Positions 20,416-29,339 of a stretch of 64,000 nt of DNA are shown piece by piece. The notes beneath the pieces were generated by a model. It had not been told where the DNA came from, ran no database searches, and worked only from the letters and a program-made list of their open reading frames with translations. Made by a program: the position numbers and the translations under genes. Positions within the stretch are counted from its first letter, which is position 1, and each line of letters begins with the position of its first letter. Location of the stretch: the NCBI GenBank assembly GCA_049320885.1, contig JBMORA010000001.1, forward strand, positions 417,307 through 481,306. The letters are read 5' to 3'. This DNA is from Thermodesulfobacteriota bacterium (lineage in GTDB: Bacteria > Desulfobacterota > Desulfobacteria > Desulfobacterales > SURF-7).

Positions 20416-21177
20416 TCACTCCGCAGTCGGCGCGCCCTCTTTTTTCCGGGATTCATACCAGGACACCATTTTCTGGGCCTCGCTGTTTCCTTTAACAGCC
20501 GCCTCTTGATACAATTCCAGGGCCTTGTCATGGTCCTGCCGAAACACTCCCACTCCCTGCTGGTACAGGGACGCCAGGTGCACCATGGCCTCCGCATCCC
20601 CCTGGGCCGCTGCCTTGGCATACCATTCCCCGGCCATGACCGGATCCCGCGCCAGGCCGCCCGCGCCGTTATAATACATCACCCCCAGCGCGTCCTGCCC
20701 CCGGGGGTTTCCCTGGGCCGCCGATTTCTGGAAATACCCGAGGGCCTTCTCCGGGTCGGCCTGGATACCCGGCCCGCCCAGCAGATGCACCACACCGGCG
20801 AAATATTGTCCCACCGCCGTCCCCAATTCAGCGGATTTTTCAAACAATTCAAGCGCTTTCTTATCATCCTTGGCCAGCCCGGCAAGCCCCTGGTAATACA
20901 TCACGCCCAGCCGATTCATGGCAAACGCATTGCCCTTCTCCGCAGCCAGCGCATACCATTTTCGAGCGGTTGTCAAATCCCTGGCCAGCCCCCGGTCGCC
21001 TTCCTCATAGCATCTTCCCAGCTCAAACGCAGCCGGAGCGATCCCCGCCGCCGCCATTTTCCTCAGTTGCGCCATATCCACCGGGGCGGAACCTTCCCCG
21101 GCCAGACCCGGGGGAACGCCCACCGCCAAAAACCACATCAGGACGGACATCAGGCTCCAGAACATATTTTTTTTCAT
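20416..21177 (-). CDS. Exported Sel1-like repeat protein
   Basis: Signal peptide, then repeated LG.MY..G..G...D...A..W...AA..G units. Confidence 0.88.
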   Translation of the reverse strand: MKKNMFWSLMSVLMWFLAVGVPPGLAGEGSAPVDMAQLRKMAAAGIAPAAFELGRCYEEGDRGLARDLTTARKWYALAAEKGNAFAMNRLGVMYYQGLAGLAKDDKKALELFEKSAELGTAVGQYFAGVVHLLGGPGIQADPEKALGYFQKSAAQGNPRGQDALGVMYYNGAGGLARDPVMAGEWYAKAAAQGDAEAMVHLASLYQQGVGVFRQDHDKALELYQEAAVKGNSEAQKMVSWYESRKKEGAPTAE

Positions 21178-21309
21178 ATGAATAGATATGGTTGCCGTAT
21201 TCAGCCCCCCTTGCCGGCGCAAACATTTTCCTTGCATAAAACACTCCTTTATGTCAGATATTCGGTCTCTACACGGTTGATCAGCAATCCATACATTTTG
21301 GAGGAACCT

Positions 21310-22362
21310 ATGCGTTACCACTCGTATTGCATGTATATTACGCTTTTCTTTCTACTCTGCGGCCTTGCCCCGGCAAGGTCGAGCGCCGATGCGCAAACCG
21401 CAAAGGAATTGTTCGATGAAGCCGGCCGCCTTGCGGAAAAAGGCAACATGGAGCAGGCGCAGCCGTTATTTGATAAAGCGATCCAGCTGGATCCGTCCAT
21501 GGCCGGCTTGGCCAATTTCCGGCTGGGAACAGCCTTTGCCCAGCAACAAAATTTCACGGAAGCTGTGAAGTATTACGAAAAAGCGCTGGAGTCAAAGAAA
21601 AACGAGCCCATTATTTATATGAACATGGCCAATGCCTATCTCGCTCTGCATCGACCCGACAGGGCCGTCGATTGCTATAAACGGATAACGGAGTTGGATC
21701 CCAAAGCGGTTTGGGCTTATCACAATCTGGGTTCCCTCTATCTGCAGATGAAAGCATATCCTTCGGCCGTAGAAGCATTCAACAAGGTCATCGAAATCGA
21801 TGCCAACACGTTCCGCACCGTGTACGAACAAATTGGCTATGCCTATCAGATGATGAGAAACTTCGACCAGGCCATCCTCGCCTACCAGAAGGCGATCAAG
21901 GTGAACCCCAAATCGTTCGCGGCCCATTACAATCTGGGCAAGTGCTACTTCGACCTCCGGGAAGCGGACAATGCCATCAAGTCGTATACCACGGCCATCG
22001 AGCTGGATCCGAAAAGCGCCGAGGCCATCACCAACCTGGGGCATGCATATTACTATAAATATACCATCTCGTTCGCCCGCAGCGACCTCGATCTGGCGTC
22101 AGCCGCCTTCAATCGCGCCCTGATGATGAAAAAGGACCTGGGTCAGGCCCTGTTCGGTCTTTCCCTGGTAAACCGGGAACGGGGGGAATATCAGACGGCC
22201 CTGGATCTCGCGGAGCGGGCCAAGCAATCCGGTCTCAAAGTGAGTTCAAAATATATCGAGAATCTGCAGGCCCGTATCGAAAAGAAACCCTTGGCGGATG
22301 ATCCGGCGGCAAAGCCGGCCATCCCGCCCGACACCAAGGAAGACACCACCGGCAAGAGCTGA
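21310..22362 (+). CDS. Exported tetratricopeptide repeat protein
   Basis: GGAGG RBS, signal peptide, multiple 34-aa TPR units (A.YNLG..Y......A...Y.KAI...P). The track's 20047 start is spurious. Confidence 0.88.
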   Translation: MRYHSYCMYITLFFLLCGLAPARSSADAQTAKELFDEAGRLAEKGNMEQAQPLFDKAIQLDPSMAGLANFRLGTAFAQQQNFTEAVKYYEKALESKKNEPIIYMNMANAYLALHRPDRAVDCYKRITELDPKAVWAYHNLGSLYLQMKAYPSAVEAFNKVIEIDANTFRTVYEQIGYAYQMMRNFDQAILAYQKAIKVNPKSFAAHYNLGKCYFDLREADNAIKSYTTAIELDPKSAEAITNLGHAYYYKYTISFARSDLDLASAAFNRALMMKKDLGQALFGLSLVNRERGEYQTALDLAERAKQSGLKVSSKYIENLQARIEKKPLADDPAAKPAIPPDTKEDTTGKS

Positions 22363-22498
22363 GCCATCGCTTTGCCATCCCCGTTTGTTGGCCACGGATT
22401 CCGCCGGGCCGCGCTTTCCCGGGCTCGGCGCGCACAGCCATCCGGCGCTCCTTCATTCCGGCTGCGGCGCAGCGGAAAGCCGGAACGAAGGAAATCCA

Positions 22499-22966
22499 TT
22501 AAAAGGGCGACCCGGACTTGGGCGGCGCCAAATCCGCCACCCACCTCCCGTCTTCCTGAAGCCAATTTTCCTGAAGGATTGCCCCGGGTATCAGAAAACC
22601 CATCTGCTTGATATCGAACCGGACGCTCACCTTGGCCCTGGTTTTATCCTCTGAGAACGTAATCCCGGCGATTTCGAATTTCTCAATCCGTGAGCGGCAT
22701 TTGGACCGGTTGTCCTCCAGGGTAACCTGCCGGCGGTAGAGAGCTGAAGCGTTTTCGTAAATGACGTCGCAATCCCCGTCCACTTTGGCCTGCCAGACCA
22801 CCGCCACCCGTTCCCGCAAATCCTGTTCGGACACTTTCGGAAACAGATGCGCGCAACCGAGAAAAGCGAAAACCAGCGCCCACGCCGCGATGGCCATCCC
22901 CATCGCAGCAAATCGGGCGCCGATGCCACCAAGCCCGTGATCGGATCTCTTTTTTTCCATCGCCAC
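22499..22966 (-). CDS. Hypothetical lipoprotein (possible NTF2-like fold)
   Basis: Hydrophobic stretch ending FLGC lipobox; C-terminal ENWLQEDGRW; co-oriented behind the UshA-like gene. Confidence 0.65.
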   Translation of the reverse strand: MAMEKKRSDHGLGGIGARFAAMGMAIAAWALVFAFLGCAHLFPKVSEQDLRERVAVVWQAKVDGDCDVIYENASALYRRQVTLEDNRSKCRSRIEKFEIAGITFSEDKTRAKVSVRFDIKQMGFLIPGAILQENWLQEDGRWVADLAPPKSGSPF

Positions 22967-22977
22967 TTCCTTCGTCT

Positions 22978-23940
22978 TTACCGGTTCCCCGATGTCCTTC
23001 TTTTGGCCAGGTTGCGTTGTGTCTCGAATTCTTTTTCCAGGGCATCAAATTCCGGATCCGATGCCACGGACGGTGTCAATTCCTTTAAAAAGCTTTCCTG
23101 CCGCTCGATTTTCCCGTTCCGGTCCAGCCATATCCGGATGACCCCCACATGTTTCCCGCCCATGCTGGATTTCAGCAGAATCTTGCCATGGACCACCGCC
23201 GGCTCGAAATCATAATAATACTGGTGTCCCACGATGATCACATCGATGCCGTCCACCTCATTCGCCAGTCGCACGCTTTCGTCCCAGCCGGCATGGGACA
23301 GCAGGACAACGAGGCCGGTTTCCTTTTTCAGGGCCGGCAGGACGGCCTTCAGGGATGAAACCATATCCCGCACTTCGATTCCATCCGCACCTGTCCGGGC
23401 CGGGTCCGTGAAACCGGCGGAAACGACCCCCACCACGCCGATCTTGACGCCGTTGACGGTTTTCGTATGGTAGGGTTTCCAGGCGTATTCCTTGCCCACA
23501 AAGGTATTCGAGCCGATGAAACCCGGCTGAATCGAGTCCCGGAAACGCTGCAAGAAAGGCAGGCCATACCCCAGCTCACCGTCCGCGACATTCATGGCGT
23601 CATATCCCAACATCTTCAGGGCTCTTGCGGTAAACTCGGCCCTCAGTTCCGCCGGTTCTTCCTGGCTCCAGAAAAAATCCCCGGCATCCACCAGCAGGAT
23701 GTCGCCGTATTCCTTCCGCAGCTCCGCAACATAGCCGGCCCGCCGGGCCAGCCCGCCAGGGGCGTTCGTTGCTCAGCCAAAGCATTTGATATGCCCCTGG
23801 CCGTCGCTGGTGTAGGCGATCACCACATCCGGCGGGGCGGCCTGTTTGCTTTCCGCGCCCTGGCCCGGGCCCACGGATCCGAGGCCCACCGCCAGAACCA
23901 GAACAACGCTCCATAACCGACAGGAAAAGAAACACCTCAT
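22978..23940 (-). CDS. Exported UshA-like metallophosphoesterase-fold protein with in-frame UGA at 23773-23775 (probable selenoprotein, 320 aa)
   Basis: Track ORFs 23773-23967 and 22978-23691 share a frame and are separated only by TGA. Read-through gives YTSDGQGHIKCFG-U-ATNAPGGLARRA...LLVDAGDFF. Strong RBS and signal peptide at 23940. Confidence 0.85.
23733..23753 (-). promoter_or_regulatory. Candidate bacterial SECIS hairpin
   Basis: mRNA GGCUGGCCC-GGC-GGGCCGGCU stem-loop; G-led apical loop about 29 nt 3' of the UGA. Alternative folds are possible in this GC-rich sequence. Confidence 0.45.
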
Positions 23941-23991
23941 GAATGACCTCTCCTCGTAACCTGACACTCAACCAATGAACCATATTCCATC

Positions 23992-24026
23992 ATTCGTAAT
24001 TCGAAATTCCTAATTCGTAATTCCGA
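23992..24026. repeat. Heptamer tandem repeat (ATTCGTA)n, 5 imperfect units
   Basis: ATTCGTA ATTCGAA ATTCCTA ATTCGTA ATTCCGA. Confidence 0.85.
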
Positions 24027-24033
24027 TTTGCTT

Positions 24034-26499
24034 TTACCGGTACAGTTCCGCTCCGCTGAGCAACCCGAGGCTCCCGTCACCATAGAGGAAAAGTCCCATG
24101 ATGCCGTTGCCGTCGGCGGTGATCCGCACCCAGGGCAGCTCCGGCAAGCGGGTTTCCGGGAAAACCTCGCCGAGGTTGAAAACGGCCTTGGTAAAAGGCG
24201 CAACGGTCAAAACCACCTCCTCCCCCGGCACCATTTCACCGTTCCGGCCCATGGGAGTCAGGGTCACCGCAACACCCATCGGCCCCGGGTTGTACAGCGC
24301 GACTCCGGTCCACCAATCGCCGTCCCGGGCGATGTGGGGAATGGCCAGTTGATTCACGCCCTGATCCAGGGCCATGAGTTCAAAAGCCGCGCTGCTGACG
24401 GCGGTCTTATAGGTGAAATAACCGGCGACGGGGGTCTGGGCGGTGATCTGCAGGGCTCCCTGGGCCAGCTCCTCCTCCGTCATCGCCGGAAACAGGTCGA
24501 CGATGGACCGGGTTGTTTTTTCATAGGGCATCAACTCCAGCGGAACCGGTTCGCCGCCCTGGCCATTCACCATCCGGCATTCAACGGCATTGACGGCGCC
24601 GCCCGGATTGATCAAGGTCATTTCCGTACGCCAGACGCCGGAAACCGCCACATGGGGAATGATCATCCGGGTATCGGTCCGGGTCAGGGCAAACAGGCTG
24701 TCCGGACCGCCGGAATCGTTTTTGAGCCAGCGGGAAAAGCCGTCCACGCCGGCAGCGGTGTCCGGGACAGAGGTCTGCACGTCGATCCAGCCGTTTTCAA
24801 TGGCTTTGTAAAACGGATTGGCGCTGGGCGAGTACCGCAGGACGGAACCGGCCGGAAGATGGATGCCCGCCTGGCGCTCCGGTATTCCCTGGGCGCTGTA
24901 CAGCAGGCAATTCAACTCCACGGCCTGGGCGAAGCGGTTGACCAGCCCCCAGGTGACGACCTTGCTGGTGGAAAAAAGTCCGGAAGTATCGGGTATCATC
25001 CATCGTCCGGCGCCGGATCCGCCGGGCTGGCCGAAACCGGCCAGGCTTTGCCGGCCGATGCCGTCCAGGGAAATCATCGCCGCCGGGTCGTCGCATAACA
25101 GTTTCAGGGCCTTGATCGAGGCTTTTTCGTGCAGACGCATGGGCAGGCTTTCCGCCAGCCAGACATCCTTTTGCCGGGGGCCGATTTCGTAAGGCCCCTT
25201 GAGGGTGGCCACAGGCCGGGAGGCGCTGTCATAGGCGACGATCTGGACATCGGTGAGCGGGAGATCGAAGGTATTGGTGATGGCGACCCCGTTCCAGGCC
25301 GATCCCTTTTGAAGATCGGGAATCCATTGTTCGTTGGCCTTGGACTGGTCGAAAACGATGCGGTAAATTCCCCCTCCGCCGTAGTTGTCGCGGCGGACGT
25401 TCAAGCGATAGGGTGGATTTTCCGCTGCAAGGGTCAGGGTGGCCGTATCATTGAGTTCCGCCTGCCATACCATCCGGCCGGCCGCATCCAGGAGGTCAAT
25501 CCGGATGCCGTCCTCCAGGGTATCGATCTTCTCGAACCCAAACGCCAGCCGGTCGCCGGAACCGGCGTTGATGGTATAGGCATCCTCGTTCAGCAATATC
25601 AGGTTGTAATTGCCCGGCGTCAACTGCACGGCTCCCGTGTTTTCCAGAAAATCATCCTTGTGCAGGGAAATGGACCGGATCAGCTCATAGTTGAGAAAGG
25701 GATTGGTGGCCTGGGGCGCCAGCGGATAAAATACCGAGCGGGGCGGGCTCCCGGCGCTGGTGCCGGTCCATTCGCCGCCGGTGATTTCATTCCGGGCGTT
25801 GAGATAGAGAAGATAGGTGTAAATCTTTGTCTTGACCACCGTACCCTGGATATCCGGATGCACGTTGTCGTCGGCGTACCAGATCTGGCAACGCACCTCC
25901 TTGCCGGCACTGGTGTTGGTGAGCTGCATGTCATACTGGAAAATGGGGTAAAACCAGGCTTCCGTGGCCGAACCGAGATTGGCCACAAAGGCCCGGCGGT
26001 GAACCTTGATATAGTTCAACAGCCAGGCGTGAAAAATCTCCGGGTTGTACCGCACCGATTCGCTGATGGTCAGGTCGCTGCCATGGCAGGCGGAGAGCAG
26101 GCCTTTTTTGTCCCCCACCCGGAAAATGATATTATTGTAGGAAGAGGGGTAAAAAACGATGTTTTCATAGGCTGCGGCCGCGGCCCAGGCATGGCATTGG
26201 CCGTTCCAGCTTTCCGCGTCCGGGTCGTAATGGTTGGCCAGTTCCCACTGGGTGGTGGCGCCCGGATAGGTTCCGGTGGTCAGCAGCTCGAACTTCTCGG
26301 TGGGCGCCGGATGGCCGAAATTGGCATAGCCGTTGGCCAGGGCGCCGCTTCTGGTGGACCACCAATAGCCGGACCAGGGCCGAAAATAGGTTTCCGCCGC
26401 ATCCGTGCCGGCCAGGGCCTGGAACGGCGGAGCCAACAAAACCGCCCACAACACGGAGGTCATGACAAGGGCGGCTGCATGGAAGGTCTTGGTTTTCAT
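24034..26499 (-). CDS. Secreted protein: GP42/TGase-elicitor-like cysteine enzyme domain, a PPC-like domain and four ~100-aa beta repeats
   Basis: Signal peptide; PWSGYWW, WNGQCHAWAAAA, DKKGLL, NPEIFH, WFYPI, YTYLLYL...ITGGEW occur in GP42-family order; repeats begin IP...W.G....N. Confidence 0.75.
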   Translation of the reverse strand: MKTKTFHAAALVMTSVLWAVLLAPPFQALAGTDAAETYFRPWSGYWWSTRSGALANGYANFGHPAPTEKFELLTTGTYPGATTQWELANHYDPDAESWNGQCHAWAAAAAYENIVFYPSSYNNIIFRVGDKKGLLSACHGSDLTISESVRYNPEIFHAWLLNYIKVHRRAFVANLGSATEAWFYPIFQYDMQLTNTSAGKEVRCQIWYADDNVHPDIQGTVVKTKIYTYLLYLNARNEITGGEWTGTSAGSPPRSVFYPLAPQATNPFLNYELIRSISLHKDDFLENTGAVQLTPGNYNLILLNEDAYTINAGSGDRLAFGFEKIDTLEDGIRIDLLDAAGRMVWQAELNDTATLTLAAENPPYRLNVRRDNYGGGGIYRIVFDQSKANEQWIPDLQKGSAWNGVAITNTFDLPLTDVQIVAYDSASRPVATLKGPYEIGPRQKDVWLAESLPMRLHEKASIKALKLLCDDPAAMISLDGIGRQSLAGFGQPGGSGAGRWMIPDTSGLFSTSKVVTWGLVNRFAQAVELNCLLYSAQGIPERQAGIHLPAGSVLRYSPSANPFYKAIENGWIDVQTSVPDTAAGVDGFSRWLKNDSGGPDSLFALTRTDTRMIIPHVAVSGVWRTEMTLINPGGAVNAVECRMVNGQGGEPVPLELMPYEKTTRSIVDLFPAMTEEELAQGALQITAQTPVAGYFTYKTAVSSAAFELMALDQGVNQLAIPHIARDGDWWTGVALYNPGPMGVAVTLTPMGRNGEMVPGEEVVLTVAPFTKAVFNLGEVFPETRLPELPWVRITADGNGIMGLFLYGDGSLGLLSGAELYR

Positions 26500-26522
26500 G
26501 GGTAAGAAAATCGTTTCGGAGA

Positions 26523-27164
26523 TCAATGGGTTTCCCGCCAGGATCGACGATCGCCGGTGTCTTCGTAGAGCCACCACCGGTCGCCCTCGGCCCATAGCTG
26601 ACGGACGCGGATGGATTTTCCATAATGAACGGAAACCAGTTTCAGGACACGGCCCGTGTGGACATGGGCCTGGTCCGGCGGAATCATTTCCCGGGCCACG
26701 GCTTCCGCCAGGGTGATGGGGCGGGTCTCTTTGTCGAGGTGATAGGCAAACCCGGTGTCGCCGACCAGTTTGCGACTGACGGCTTGGGTCTGGCCGCTGT
26801 CTCCGGGGTTCAGATCGTCCAGGGGAAACGGATAGCCCCAGGAAAGGGTGATGGTTTCTTCCGCCCGGGTGTCATGGGTGTAGATGCCGGACAGCCGGTC
26901 TTCGATTCTCATCAGGCGGCCGGTAGCCGCATATTGGAGCATCAGGTCGGGCTGGGCCTGATCGTTGCGGAAAACGGCGTAGGAACCGGATTCCCGGGGA
27001 ACAAGGCGCCATTTGATTTCATTGTCCCAGGCCTGGGTAACGGGATTGAGGTAGCGGCTGCGGATGACGATCCCGGCCGGCTCCGCCGGAGCCGTGGCCG
27101 CGAACAGTGCAGCGAGTGCCGATGTCACGGCGAAAACGATGCTAATGATCTTAAATGGTTTCAT
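26523..27164 (-). CDS. Exported hypothetical protein
   Basis: Clear signal peptide; fills the gap between co-oriented genes; no recognised family. Alternative GTG start at 27170. Confidence 0.7.
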   Translation of the reverse strand: MKPFKIISIVFAVTSALAALFAATAPAEPAGIVIRSRYLNPVTQAWDNEIKWRLVPRESGSYAVFRNDQAQPDLMLQYAATGRLMRIEDRLSGIYTHDTRAEETITLSWGYPFPLDDLNPGDSGQTQAVSRKLVGDTGFAYHLDKETRPITLAEAVAREMIPPDQAHVHTGRVLKLVSVHYGKSIRVRQLWAEGDRWWLYEDTGDRRSWRETH

Positions 27165-27194
27165 TTTCACAATTCAAAACCTGCCGCCCAAAAT

Positions 27195-27231
27195 AAGATG
27201 AAGAAGGAATCAGGGATTCCTTCTTCATCTT
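27195..27231 (-). terminator. Perfect 17-bp inverted repeat, probable terminator or 3' stabiliser of the S-layer candidate mRNA
   Basis: AAGATGAAGAAGGAATC-AGG-GATTCCTTCTTCATCTT, followed by ATTTT on the minus strand. Confidence 0.8.
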
Positions 27232-27288
27232 TACAGCTGCTGTTTCAAGCGCCCGCGTTCAAGCCGGACGTTTCAAACAGGTTGGTGG

Positions 27289-29127
27289 TTAGTTGTTCCA
27301 CTGGCTGGCGTTGGTGTAGGCCGTGTAACCGGTGCTGTCGGACCCGTTGCCGGTCATGCCGAAACCGCCGGCGCTGGCGAACTGGGTCACCACCACGATG
27401 TGGCAGGACGAGTCGCCCAAGGTGCCGGTGCCGGCAGTCTGGGTCAGGTTGGCCAGCAGCGTGGAAGCGCCGTATACCGCCAGTCCGCCCGCCGCGATGG
27501 AAGGCGTGGTGTAGGTGCCGACGTCGCCGTCAGACTCGTATACCGTCACCGCGGCGGTGCCGGCGGCTGAAGACGGGTTGCCGATGGTCATGCCATACCA
27601 CCATCCTTGGGAACCATCCAGCGCAACCGCATAGGGATAGTACAGGGTGGTGGTGGGTACGGAAGCCGCACAGGTATCGACGAATTCGGCGATGATGCGG
27701 TCGTCGGTGAAAATCAGGCCGCAGGGCAGTCTGTACAGTTCCACGGTGACGGTGACCTGGTCGCCGTTGTCGAACTGGGCCGGGTCATAGACGACCAGCG
27801 GGACATCCACGCGGATCACGTTATCGGTGTCGATGCCGGTGAAGGCAGCAGCGGTGGTGAATTCCACCACGCGTTCGCCTGCGGGAATGGCCTGGCAGTC
27901 AGCACCGCTGGCATAGCCGGTAACCGCAACGCCGGTTTCCGTGGCCGGGGTGCCCAGGGCCACAACCGCCGTGCCGGGATCCGAGCAGGGATCTTCGCTC
28001 GGCAGGAAGGAAGCAGCGGTCGGAGCAGCGGCAAAATAAGCGCCGTCGCCGGAGATCGTCAACGTCAAACGGTATTCGTCGTTCGGGTTGAAGAAGGTGC
28101 CGCTCTGGTTTTCGATCAGCAGGGTGTTGCCGCCGAAGGTGGTGGAGGTGCAGTAGGAAGCTGCCGTCTCATAGTTGAAGGTACAGGAAGAGCTCTGGCC
28201 GCCGGCCGGTTCCACATAACCGTACAGATCACCCTTGCAGGCGTCCAGAACGATGGTGGTGGCCGCGATCAGATGGGCAACCTGGGGGTTGGAGGGGTTG
28301 AAGGTCAGGAAGTTGTTGCCATCCACACCGCCGGAGTTGATGCTCACGTTGATGGTGGTGCCGCTGTACTGGGCGCTGTTCACCGTCACGCAGATGTTGT
28401 TGTCCCAGTCGGCGTTGTACTGCAGCACGTCCGCGGCAGCGCCGGGACCGGCAATGCCGTCGCCGTAGATGCCGTCGCCGTCATAGTCCTTGACCGCCAG
28501 CTGGGCGCCGTTGGTGGGCACGGTGACGCCGTCATGGGGGTTGTTGTCGAACAGTTTGATCTGGAACTCGGTGCCGGGCTCGACGGTGAGGGAAGAAGAA
28601 CCGTCATAGTTGGCGGCATTGTTGATGCCCAGGGCGTTGTCTTCGTCGTAGACATCGATGCGGATCCGGCTGGAGCCGCTGGTGCCGCGCACGCGGAAAA
28701 CGATTTCCTGACCGGCTACGGTGATGCCGGCGTTGGTGCCGTCACCCACGGTGCCGACATCCTTGATGGCCCACAGGTAATTGTCAACCACCGCGCCGGT
28801 GTCGCCGATATCGGTGGTGGCGAAGCCGGAGTTGCCGGCGGGCAGGGGCACGGTGTCGGCGCCCAAGGCCGCGCCCAGGACCAGGAAGTCAAAAGACTGG
28901 CAGAGGGTGACGCCCAGGGGCATGTCCATGGTGACCCAGTCGCCGTCACGCAGCACGGTGCCGCCGTCGAAAATCAGGGTGACGTTACCGGTTTTTTCAC
29001 AGGCATTCGCCGCAGCGGTGATGCCTTCCGAGTTGGTTTTCACTTCGACCTGTTGCGCGGCCATCGCGGACATGGTGATTCCCATGACCAGCATCAACGC
29101 CGCCATGACTACAGTAAATTTTCTCAT
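27289..29127 (-). CDS. Secreted acidic Thr/Gly/Ala-rich protein, candidate S-layer or major surface protein (612 aa)
   Basis: GGAGG RBS, Sec signal (AMA-AQ), strongly skewed codon use (ACC, GGC, AAC, TTC, TAC), very few Lys/Arg, DYDGDG Ca-type motif, long leader and strong downstream hairpin. The ORF is secure; the function is inferred. Confidence 0.65.
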   Translation of the reverse strand: MRKFTVVMAALMLVMGITMSAMAAQQVEVKTNSEGITAAANACEKTGNVTLIFDGGTVLRDGDWVTMDMPLGVTLCQSFDFLVLGAALGADTVPLPAGNSGFATTDIGDTGAVVDNYLWAIKDVGTVGDGTNAGITVAGQEIVFRVRGTSGSSRIRIDVYDEDNALGINNAANYDGSSSLTVEPGTEFQIKLFDNNPHDGVTVPTNGAQLAVKDYDGDGIYGDGIAGPGAAADVLQYNADWDNNICVTVNSAQYSGTTINVSINSGGVDGNNFLTFNPSNPQVAHLIAATTIVLDACKGDLYGYVEPAGGQSSSCTFNYETAASYCTSTTFGGNTLLIENQSGTFFNPNDEYRLTLTISGDGAYFAAAPTAASFLPSEDPCSDPGTAVVALGTPATETGVAVTGYASGADCQAIPAGERVVEFTTAAAFTGIDTDNVIRVDVPLVVYDPAQFDNGDQVTVTVELYRLPCGLIFTDDRIIAEFVDTCAASVPTTTLYYPYAVALDGSQGWWYGMTIGNPSSAAGTAAVTVYESDGDVGTYTTPSIAAGGLAVYGASTLLANLTQTAGTGTLGDSSCHIVVVTQFASAGGFGMTGNGSDSTGYTAYTNASQWNN

Positions 29128-29241
29128 TGTTCCTCCATTGATTGTGGGTTTGCTTGTTTCATTCCAAATTCCACTTTGGATCGGACTGTCTCCGGCCCGG
29201 GCCGCAGCCCGCCCGATCCCCTGCATGCGAGATTCCGCGCC

Positions 29242-29253
29242 ATCACCTCCTTT
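29242..29253 (-). promoter_or_regulatory. Extended Shine-Dalgarno (AAAGGAGGTGAT) in the leader, STAB-SD-like
   Basis: 12-nt match to the consensus 16S rRNA 3' end complement, 115-126 nt upstream of the ATG at 29127, which has its own RBS. Confidence 0.55.
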
Positions 29254-29339
29254 TCAATTTCAGAAACCGGCCGCCGGCGGTTTTTCCACGATCCACACCA
29301 AGGCATCCGCCCGGCCCATTATGGTGAAAGTTATCATGA

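Noticed and set aside
20047..21309. N-terminal 421 aa of the 771-aa track ORF
   Set aside because: Antisense to the Sel1 and radical SAM genes; the real TPR gene starts at 21310 with an RBS and signal peptide.
23773..23967. Separate 64-aa ORF or nonsense pseudogene
   Set aside because: Frame continuity, a Cys three residues before the UGA and the known UshA-like Sec family favour recoding.
29242..29253. 16S rRNA 3' end fragment (ATCACCTCCTTT on the plus strand)
   Set aside because: No flanking rRNA sequence; better read as an SD on the minus-strand mRNA.
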